In this document: in pieces, positions 1 through 10,200 of the stretch
Layout: the number at the start of each line of letters is the position of its first letter
How positions within the stretch are numbered: position 1 is the first letter of the stretch
Virus record (IMG/VR): IMGVR_UViG_3300037483_001815
Coordinates: 1-55,761 of that record
Strand: one strand, 5' to 3'
Length of the DNA: 55,761 nt
Source of the DNA: a virus
Taxonomy: Duplodnaviria > Caudoviricetes
The notes under the pieces: model-generated
The model's database searches: none
Seen by the model: the letters and a program-made list of their open reading frames with translations, nothing else
Told to the model about the DNA's origin: nothing
Position numbers and translations under genes: made by a program

Positions 1-390
1 TGGCATATATGGATATTTCGTCCAACTATCAGCGGGGAAAACATTCGCCCCACTAAACACTGGATGTTCATTCTCGGCGGCCTCAAATGTAATATTTTTA
101 CCCGACAAACCAGATTGATATAGAATTATCTGCCCACGAAATACACCCCCATCATCACAAAAACGAACCGCATCATTAGGGCCAATCAGCCCGTCCGCCG
201 TGTCCGTTGCTGCCCACATAGCTGAGTTATCCCGGTATGTGGTCCAATCAGCCGCAGTGGTGCAACTGGTGTGACTGCCATCTCCCTGCTGAGTGGCAGC
301 CAGGTATATCGTATCAGTGGCCGCATAGCAGTTGCCGGCAATCAGCAGCACCACCAAAAACAGCATCAAAAATCGTTTCATCATCATCAT
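1..390 (-). CDS. Partial (3' end outside window) signal-peptide protein, probable right-handed beta-helix/pectate-lyase-like
   Basis: Not in ORF track. Manual translation MMMMKRFLMLFLVVLLIAGNCYAATDTIYLAATQQGDGS...GPNDAVRFCDDGGVFRGQIILYQSGLSGKNITFEA stays open to position 1; ATGA overlap with upstream gene. Confidence 0.7.
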   Translation of the reverse strand, partial: MMMMKRFLMLFLVVLLIAGNCYAATDTIYLAATQQGDGSHTSCTTAADWTTYRDNSAMWAATDTADGLIGPNDAVRFCDDGGVFRGQIILYQSGLSGKNITFEAAENEHPVFSGANVFPADSWTKYPYMP

Positions 391-836
391 CCCACCTCAA
401 TATTTCCGTTTAGAGAGCCGCTTGTCAGCCCACCGGCCAGGAATCCATACCGGTAATAGGCCCCGGTGATCTCAGTCAGCGGCCGCACCAGCAGCAAATC
501 ATCGCTGGAGAACTCCCCGGCCAGCACCGCGTCGCTGCCGTCTGCTTCCTTGGCTCGCTGCACGGTGACGTTTCCCTGCCAGTCTCCCCCCAGGGTGAGC
601 ACGTAGCTGCCGGGTGGCAGATACCCCCATTCAGAAAGGGTGGCGTCCGCGTTGATAACCTGCGGCCCCACGACGGTATACGGGGTGTCCGCTGACCGCA
701 ACACGTCCGGCAGGTCATCCAGCAGTTGCAGGGTCTGCACCGTCTGTCCGGGCCGGAAAAACTCGCTGCCGGCCACCAACAGCTGGGGGTTTAAAGTGTA
801 AATGCTGTGCCCGGAATTGTTTGTGTAAGTCGGCAT
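387..836 (-). CDS. Hypothetical phage protein, beta-rich, possibly virion-associated
   Basis: 149 aa ORF, AAGGAG RBS, in late operon. Confidence 0.75.
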   Translation of the reverse strand: MPTYTNNSGHSIYTLNPQLLVAGSEFFRPGQTVQTLQLLDDLPDVLRSADTPYTVVGPQVINADATLSEWGYLPPGSYVLTLGGDWQGNVTVQRAKEADGSDAVLAGEFSSDDLLLVRPLTEITGAYYRYGFLAGGLTSGSLNGNIEVG

Positions 837-869
837 AACTCTTTAGCTCCTTTTATTGCGATAATTGAC

Positions 870-1232
870 TCATTGCAGAATACCGGCCCGCCTGCTGTTT
901 GCCGCTCCATTCTGCTTACCCTTCATGTACGAGACCTCTTTCTCCAGCGCCGCATGGGATGCCTCCAGATCGTCCAGGTCATCGGCCGTGGCGTAAGTCT
1001 TAGGCAGATCCTCCCGGCAAGCCCGATGCTTCTCGTAGAGATCAATGATATGTTTTTGGATGTCCTCCGCCTTTTCTTTCAGGCGGGCCTCTGTCCCGTC
1101 CACCTGATCTTTTAACCGCTGTTCAGTACCTGATAGTTGGTTCTTGATAACCCAGACAGTGAGGCCGAAACCACCGCCGGTGGCCACCAGCAGCAACCCT
1201 GCCTCGAAAAACTGCTGTCCAATCCCCGTCAT
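870..1232 (-). CDS. Membrane-anchored coiled-coil protein (holin/XhlA-like)
   Basis: N-terminal hydrophobic helix then coiled coil; ATGA overlap with giant gene stop. Confidence 0.7.
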   Translation of the reverse strand: MTGIGQQFFEAGLLLVATGGGFGLTVWVIKNQLSGTEQRLKDQVDGTEARLKEKAEDIQKHIIDLYEKHRACREDLPKTYATADDLDDLEASHAALEKEVSYMKGKQNGAANSRRAGILQ

Positions 1233-4200
1233 TGCGGTAGGTCCTCCCGTCCGGCCGTGGCGGCCGCTTTTATTTTTTGCCGCTTCACGCCGGCCCGGGC
1301 CTTCTTGCGCGAGCCGATAATCACATCCCGGATAATGGCAGCCTGCCGCTCCGGGTCATACTTCCCCCATTTTTCCGACTGCACCAGGGGCAGCAGTCGG
1401 GCCTGGACCCGCTCTGAGCTTTTGCGCACATACTCCTCATAGGAGGCCCGGTCCAGCTTCTGCGGGATCCCGCCAATGACCATTGTGCGGGCGGGCGGCC
1501 CCATGTGTAGCAGCTTGGCCCTGGTAAGCCGCTCGATCTCCGCGCTCACCGGGTCATCGGCCAGCCGCACCGGCCCGGTCATGGGCGGCTGCCAGGCGTT
1601 ATGCACCCCGACGCCGGCGGAAAGCAGCAGGGCGGACAGGGTGTCCTCCTCGCCCTGCAGCCACTTAAAAAAATAGCCCACCTGCACCGGCTGCATGTTT
1701 ATCACCTGGTTGACCAGGGTGGCCGGCAGCCGGTCATAGGCGCCTTCTTTCTGGTTATGGGGGGAACCCTTCACCGTCTTGCCGGTGGCCAGAAAATCCC
1801 TGGAGCCGGTAAACGGCCGCTCCGCCCAGTCCGTGCCGCCCATCAGCGCCTCACCGGCCCGCATGATCGGGCTGCCCTTGCCCTTGATCAGCCGTGGTGG
1901 GTCAAAGAGTTTGAGCGGGTCCAGGAAATGGCCGGCCACTGGGAAAACCTTGCGCTTGCCTTCCAGGTCGATACCCAGGGCCTGGTAAATCTTGCTGATA
2001 TCGGCATACAGCCAGCGGAACTTATAAAAATTCTCACCGCTCATCTGTTCCTTCCAAAACTTTTCCGAATCATCCCAGCCATTCAGCAGAATCTGCAGCA
2101 GGAAGGTTGAGGCGGCGGTCCGCAGCAGTACTTTGGCGAAGAAGCGGTTGTAGTGCGGCCGCATGCCGGGGGTGGGCTGCATATCGCCCACCATCTTCGA
2201 TATCCACTCGTTGGCCTTGGGTATCAGGCCGCTGACCATGCGAAAGTTGCTTTCAGTATTGCCGGTAATAAACATCAGGCCTTCACGTTCGGCCAACCAG
2301 AACCCGGTATCGACGGATGGGCACCATATAGTGCCAGAGTAATCAACCTCTCTCTTATTATTGTGATGCCCCCAGCAACTGATGTCTTTGCCCCTGGTGA
2401 TCCACCTAGTCCGCCAGCAGTTCTTTTCCTGCTGGTAGAACGTGCTCGGCAACCCCATCATGGTCTGCAGCATGGTCATTAAGAACACTTCTTTTTCCTT
2501 ACCGCAAAATCTTTTCTGCCCGGTGCCGTCGCCAAGCATCATCGTGTCATAAAGGATCTGCCTCTGCTCATCCGTCAGCCTGCGCAAAAACTCCCAGGTC
2601 AGATTATTGTCTTTGATTCCAAGCTTCTCCATCTCGGAAATGGTCTTCGCCGGCACCGAAAAAACATAGGCAGGATGCCGCGAGACAAATTTCCCATGGT
2701 CAGAAACAAAATTGTCCACATAGCAGGAGAACCCCATATCCTTCAGTATCTTGACCGTATGCGGTTTTGCCTGCTTTATTTTCCCTGTCCTGCTGTGCCC
2801 GACCGAACCATCCTTTCTTGTCCATCTGACTGGTTTTACGTGGCCGTCTGTCACCATCCATCCCACAGTTCTCACCAGATTATCGGTAATTGTTTTATCA
2901 ACTGGAGCCGGAAACGGCGCACAACGCGGAATCAAGTGGTTCGTCTGTAAATCTTTCGCCTTAACAATGTCATACTGGCCGGTGGTGAAATTCCGGGCAT
3001 AACAGGTATGCTCCGGGGTCATCATGATGTGGCGGTTGACATTCCTGATCTGCACCATCTTCCCCGCATAGTGCTGGTTGACATACTTGTCTTGCAGCCT
3101 TGACCATCGCAGGGTATGCGTTTGCGGGTCAAAGGCCATGATCTCATCATCGTCCGACAGCTCATGGTAAAAGCGCCAGCCATCTTTGGTCATGGCCCTG
3201 GTCTTGGCATCGACACACCAGTCGGGGGCCAACAGCAGCAAGCGCAAGATCTTCTGCAGGGTCGGGTGACGGCCCATACGTTGCAGGTGCAGGCCGCCGA
3301 AATCCTCATTGATCAGCCTGGCTACACGTTCGGCAACCTTGTCCACGTCCGGCGCCGGTCCCTGACCGCGCTCAAAACGCTCCTTGGCCCGCTGCAGCTC
3401 ATGCACATACTCTATGGCAAAGGCCTCGGCCTTGAGCCCGGCGAAATACCGCTTGAACAGGGAATCAGCCATGCCCTGCCGCAGCCGTGACCCCTTGTCC
3501 ATGGCCTTATCCACCGCTTCCAGTCCAAGATGGCGGGCGAGCTTACGGGAATAGCCCAAGTCCTGCCGCAGGGCCGACTCATCCCAATCCTGCATGTTTC
3601 CCAGGGTGAGCCCGTTCTTGACCCCGCGCATGATGAGCGGGTGCAGGTTCTCGATCTTGCGCACCCCCATCTTATAGGCCCGGACCGGATTGATACCGGC
3701 GGTCCGGAGCGTTTCTCCGCTCACCGGATCAGTAATGGACTGCGGCCGCCAGCCATGATCTACCCCAAACGCCCAGGACCTGGTGCCGGCGATATGGTGG
3801 AAGAAGGAGGAGAGCAGGATCCAGCTCTTCAGGGAGGCATTGATCCGCAGCAGCTGCTGGGCGCCAGGCAGGCTGGCAAAGAGGCGGTCCTTTCTGGTCG
3901 CCTGGTTGAGGAGCTGGGCCAGTTGCGGCGGGGCATACAGCTTGCGCCGCTCCCAGGCGTCGGCCACGTCCTTGGCCGGCCGGTACTGGACGGTGGCCGG
4001 GAAATCCCGGCCGTCGGCATAGACCATGGCCGCGGCCTGGTTGCCAAACAGACGCAGCGCCCGCTTGGCCGGCTTGCCGTTTTCATCCAGCCGATGCACG
4101 GCCCACAGCTCCGGCGCACTCTGCACCTGGCTGTAAAAAAACTTACGGCCGTGGGAGTTGACGAAAAGCACCTGCTCGTCATCCGGCCCCTTCTCCGCCT

Positions 4201-7200
4201 TGATGTCGCCGGCCCATTCCCACACGGCAAAGCCTGATGCCTCAAGCTCCACATAGTCCTTGTATTCACCGGACCGGCTGGTGGAAAACAGCCGCCGGCC
4301 CTGCAGGTCACGGGTGCCGTAGCCCAGGCGGACAAAATCCTTGTTGGCCAGGATCTCCTCCAGCTCGGCCTGGTACACCCCGTAGGAGCTGGTCAGGCCC
4401 TGGACTTTCAGGTCATAGCCCGCCATCCAGCCATCCAGAATGGTGTCAAACTTGCGGTGCATCCTGGCCGTGGAAAAAACCTTAAAACCTTGGCCGGATC
4501 CGGCTGACATGAAATCATCCTGCCGGCCCTGGGGCAGGTTCCAGATGCGCCGCACATAGTTATCCCGGAAACCGCCGATCACCTTGTTGGCCTGGGCCAC
4601 CTGGCCGGCCTGGTCGAATAGCTCGCCGATGCGATCGGCAAACCCCAGCTGCTCGGGGGTAAGCCGGTCCATCCGGTCGAGCACGGCCAACTGCTCCTTG
4701 AGGCGCAGCCGCTCCTCGCCCTTGGCCCTGGGCAGCCGATCAGCGGCCCAGGTACGGAAGGCCTCCACCTTGTCCGGATCCGCCTGCACGTCCCGCCAGA
4801 CCATGAGCGCCATGTCCAGCAGATCGCTGTCCGCCGATCGTTTTAATTTGCTGTAGGCAAAACCCAGCACATGACGCCGGCGGGAGGCCTGCCCGGCCAT
4901 GCCCTGCAGCTCCTTCTGCAGGGCCGCGGTCTTGACGGATGCCAGGTGTTGGCCCAGGTCACGCTGGGCAAACAGGCGGTTTAGAAAGGTCCGGTCCTCT
5001 GCCAGATCCCGGGCCACGGCAGCCGGGGAGTTCTCCACCGGTTCCCGCATGAACAGCGGCTGCCCGGCCAGGGCCTCGGCCCGCATCTCCGGGGTGATGT
5101 CCAGGGTGTGGACCTCCACGGCCTGGTCACCATGGTTGATCTTGCCCCGGCCCACCTTGACCCCCCATTTCTTGACCAGGCGGTTGACGGTCGACGGCAG
5201 GATCTTATCGTAAAAGGCCTTCATCCCCTCGCCGCCCACGGACAGCTCTATCCCGGAAAGAATTTTAGCGCCCTTAATCCTGCCGACGATCCGGGACATT
5301 GACTCCTTACCGTCTCCGTTGACAATCTTGTCGGCCATTTCTTTGCCCACGACGCCGGGCAGATCCTCGGCTGCAAACGCCCCGAAATTGTGCAGTGAAC
5401 CATCAATGGTAATCCCCTCGAGATGATATTCACCAATGGTTTGCGCCTGCATATTCCTGTTTTCTTCCGTGACGACGTTATAGGCTATTTCCTTAAAATA
5501 CCGGCTCATATCGTAGCGGTCTGCCTGCTGCTCGCCCGTGGTCCAGCCGATCCGGTCAAAGCCGTGGTCGGCGGCCCAGCGCACCATGCGCTTCATGGCC
5601 AGCATGGACAACTTGTCCGTGCCGGCAAAAGGGGCGGGGGCCACGCCGCCAGGGCCGTATCCCAGTTTACGGCCGGCCTGGTGCCAGTCGCTCTGCACCT
5701 CCTCGACAAAGAGCAGCCGCTTGCCGTCCGCGTCCGTCCGCTCGTTAAACCGCACATGGGCCAGCACATTCGGCTCGGACCAGTGGGCTGAGTGGAATGT
5801 CGTGTATTTCGGCGCAGACTCCCGCATCACCATGTCGATCTGCACGCCAAGATTCCGCAGTTGCCGCTGCCTCTCCGGATCAGCCGGCTGCTCGGCCAGT
5901 TGGTCACGCTGAGCAATGAGCTGGTTTATTCTGGCCGACCTGGCCGCGTGCTCGCCGTTTTGGTCCACCGGCAGGGTAAACAGCAGCTCCCGGTAATTGC
6001 CGCCGGCTGGCAGCAGCTGCTGCCCCATGTATTGCACAGTGTCACCGCCATAGGCGTCCAGCAGGTTCCAGTTGCCTGCCTCATCCTGTACCGGCGCAAA
6101 ACCAAACAGAAATTGACCGTTACGGTCAACCAGTCTGTTATTGTTTTCTGCAACCTCCATCAGGTCCTTGATTGTGGCAAAACCGTGGGGGAAAACCGTG
6201 CCGCCACCGCCCTTGACCACCTCCTCCACCTGCAGGTTGTTTTCCGCCAGCCAGGCCAACAGCTCATCTTTGGTAATCCGGCTGGCCTGATCCTGGCCGG
6301 CCAGCCATTCCGGCAATCCGGACCATTGCAGTTCCTCGGCCTTGATCTGGCCTTTCTTAACCCAGGAGTTAATTGTCTGCGTAAAGGAGGAGGGGGAGCC
6401 CGACCCGGGCAGTTTGGCGGCCAGGTGCCGCTGCATGGCGGAAAAGAAAACAGGGGCCGGGGTGCGCTGGGCCATGGTCTGCCCAGCCCGGCCCATGGCC
6501 GGCACCTCGGCTTGCAGGAAATCGGCCACCGCCTCGGCTGCCGCGGCCCGGGCCGTCTCCAGGTCGGAAAACATGACGGCCACGCCGGCGCCCTGGCGCA
6601 GCTTGAACATGGCCAGGACTTTATCCAGAAAGCTCTGCACCCACCTGGAAATCCGGACAAAGAGCGACGGTTCGCGGGCCGCCACCTGGTCCCAAAAATC
6701 CTGTTCCAGGAAATTCTCGCCGATGAAATCGGCCAGCAGCTCGCTTTCCAGCCTGGAATAGGTCAGGGGATCCTCGCCGACAGACTGCTGCAGGGCCTGG
6801 ATCCTCTCCTGGTAACGCTTCCATGGGGAGGCATAGACCAGGGGCATGACGGCGTCGTGAAATTTTTGGAAAAGGTGGGGAGCGTCAAGCTCCATGCGGT
6901 GGGTCAGTTCGTGGCCCAGGACATACAGATAGGGCTTGGGGGTGTTGGCATGGATGTAGATGACATCCGGACTGCCGGGGAGCACGGTGCCGCCGATGCG
7001 CAGCCGCTCATGCTCCCGGTTGTGGAAAAAAACTACTCTTCTTCCGAACTCTTTGGCGAGCTGTTGCGTTGCATCAGCATCGCGCTCAGACACGGAGACT
7101 TCGGTAAGAAATCCCCCGGCCAGGGATCGAGTGGCCTGTCCTGCTCTTGAGGCTTGGCGGTATTCCCGTTCAAGCTCGCGGGTGTCGTCGGTTTCTTTGC

Positions 7201-10200
7201 CTGGTCCATATTTTTCTTTCCTTGACGTGGTTTCTTCACGTTGGGACATTACCCCGGTGCCGGCCGCGCTGTCAAGTAGAGGATTCACCTCACCGGCAAA
7301 GGCCTCGGCGTCCTCCCGGCTGCCCTCGAAGACCATATTCTTGGAAAAACGGGACCAATACCCTTTGTGCTTCTTGGCGATGGCGGCCACCTGCTGATAG
7401 GTGTCCCGGTCCAGCCGCTGGGACCAGGTGGCGGTGAAGATCTCCTGACCCTTCTGTTTGTGCCATCCCCTGGCCACGGTCACGGCGCCTCCTGCTGTTG
7501 GCATGGACGGGGCCGCGGCCTGCTCCTGCCTGGGGGCGGCCGGCAGCCTGGCTGGCATCTCCAGATGCTCGATGCGGGTAAACAGCTCCTCGATGTTCTC
7601 CGCGTTGGACAGGTCATAATTGTTCTGTCCGGACAGCAGCGCTGCCTGGTCCTTGTCCAGCACCTTGTCAAATACCAGGACCCTGGTTCTCACCTTGGTG
7701 GCGGCCCGCTCAAAGGTCACCGCCGGCAGGGTCACGGTGCCGCGCAGATAGACCCCCTTGGTTTCCTCATAGAACTTATCCAGTTTTTTGTCCGCCGCCG
7801 GACCTTCCGGCAGCAGGGCCACGATGCGGCCGCCGTCCCGCAGGTGTCTAACCGCCTTGGCCAGGTGGGCTACCGCCGTGGATCCGCCGGAACCGAAAGG
7901 AGGATTCATGATGATGAAATCGTATTTGTTGTGCGGGTCCAACTCCTCAAAGGTCCCTTCCCGCTGCACGCCGCTGGCGTTCACCGCCAGCTGGGAGGCC
8001 AGCACGCTGCTCGGCTCGACAAAGTGATTGGTGGTGTCCCCCGGGAAGAAGCGGGCGATGGCCCCGTGGCCGGCGGACGGCTCCAGGCCGATCTCGCCGG
8101 CGGCCGGGCTGCCCCATTCCACCATCTTCATGCCCACCGGCTCCGGAGTGGCAAAGTAGTCCTTGCCCTCCCGGCTCTTCTGGCGTTGGGTCTTTTTGCC
8201 GCGGCCGTAGTAATAGGTCCTGGCCCGGGAAAACTCACTCAGGCCCTCGAAATTACCGTCTTTCTCCTTGCCTCCCCGCCCCTGGTCCGCATGGGGGAAA
8301 ACGTTGCCGGCGTTAAGATAGCCCTCTTTAAAGGCGGTATCCAGGTCACGGGCTGCATCGCCCATAGCCAGGTTCTCTACGGTGCGCACCCTGGCGTTGA
8401 TCTTGGAGCCATAGGCTATCTGCTCAAAGGAGGTGTGCAGCACCAGATACTCCATGATGGCGTCCGACCGCTGCCCCACCCGGTAGATGCGGCCCTCGCC
8501 CTGGATGGCGGCCGGCGGGCTATAGGGCAGGCCCAGGTCCATGAACACCCGGTTGTGCTTGCCGGTCACGTCGTGCAGACTGTCCCCTTCCTTGCCGGCG
8601 GCCCGCAGCACCAGAATGACATCAGCGCCTGAATCATCATCATTGAAGCGGCGGATATTCTCCGTGCGCTGGCGGCCTGGCACCCGGCCGTTGTAGAGCA
8701 CCACCCGGTCGCCGAAGGCCTGGGTCATGGTGGTGATGGCCGGTTTCAGGCCGCGCAGATCAAGCTGGGCGTACTGAGGATATTTGGTGTTGAAATGGGC
8801 CACCTCCTTGCCGGCGGCGGATTCAGGGGAAAAACCGGAAAAGGCGAAAGGATGGCCTGGCGCCCCCTCGATATAGTCATGGAACACCACCACCTTGCGG
8901 CCCAGCTCCAGGTGTTTTTTGACCCTGGCCACCGCCTCCCGGGCCTTCAGGGTTTCCAGCAACCGGTTGACATAGTGGTAGTCATAGGCTTTGCGGACGA
9001 TCGCGGGCAGAACCTCGTATTTGTTCTCCTCGCGGTCCTTCCAGCCGCGGACAATGTCCATGCCGTCATCGATCTGACTGCCCAGTTCGGAATCCAGCAG
9101 CACGAATTCCCGGGAGTAGTCAAAGGGCACGTCCAGCTTGCGGCCGGAAACTGATCTGGCAGCCACCAGCTTCTGGTGCAGGTTGCGCTCCAACAGGCCC
9201 ACATCCACCCCGCTCTCCGGCTGGGTCAGCTTGTTGTAGCGCATCCGATAGCCGAGATTGGTCATAAACCAGCGGTCTGTGTTGGCCCCGCCGTTGTAGC
9301 CACGGGAAGTCTCGTCTTTGGCCTGGCCCTCGTCTACGTCAAACAGATACTTGTCGGCGTAGAGCAGGGACTTGTGGTGGGCAAACGGGGTAGCGGACAG
9401 AAAAACCACCTTGGCGAATCCTGTGCGTTCTGCCGCCTGCTGCCGCAGCCTGCCCTCGATCGCCCGGCGCTCATCGGCAAACTCATCCCAGGCCGTGGAC
9501 TGAGCTTGCCACCTCCGGGATGATTCCTTATCACCGGCCATAAACCCGCTATCCGCCAGAATCTCTGCTTTTCTGGCCGCCGTCTTGGCCACCAGCTCCC
9601 GCCACTCCTGGTCCCCCAGCTTGGCCTTGTCCACCAGGTAATCCGGATGATCGGCGGCGATGCGGTGGGCATTGATAAAGGCGGCGTTCTGGTCGCCGTC
9701 CTTGCCGGCGGAAACGAAATGGCTCTCGTCGTAGATGATCAGATCATGGTGGCGGGCCTGCAGGGCCTCGTTCTGGTATAAATTGGCATAGGTGGTGATG
9801 AGCAGGCCAGGCCCGCTGTCCTTGGTGTCCGCCAGGGGCCGGATGGAAAGCCCGAGATTTTCCCCGTCCTTTATCCAGTCCTGCACCTTGGTCTGCTTGG
9901 GCACCACCAGCAGGATCTCGGTCTTGCCGGCGGAAAAGAAACGGCGGGCCACACCCAGGCCGGTGTACGTTTTTCCCGTGCCCGTGCCGTTGGTGAACAG
10001 CATGCCCCGGCCGTCATCCTCATAAAAGCGCTTCTCTGCCTTCAAGACATCGTCTTGCTGCTCCGGGAAAAGAAAAGGCAGGCTTTCCCTGATGTTGTCA
10101 ATGGAATAAAAGGAAACCGGCAGCGTGTTGGCTTTTGCCTGCTGCCGGCGGCTGCGGGCTAGGTCGTCGTCTGCTCGGCCGGTGTGTTCGGCCAGAGGGC

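Noticed and set aside
3829-9672. Other same-strand alternative-frame ORFs in the giant gene (3829, 5248, 5926, 6160, 8947, 9334)
   Set aside because: Mostly R/P/W/C-rich shadow composition, overlapping well-formed main-frame domains, no convincing RBS
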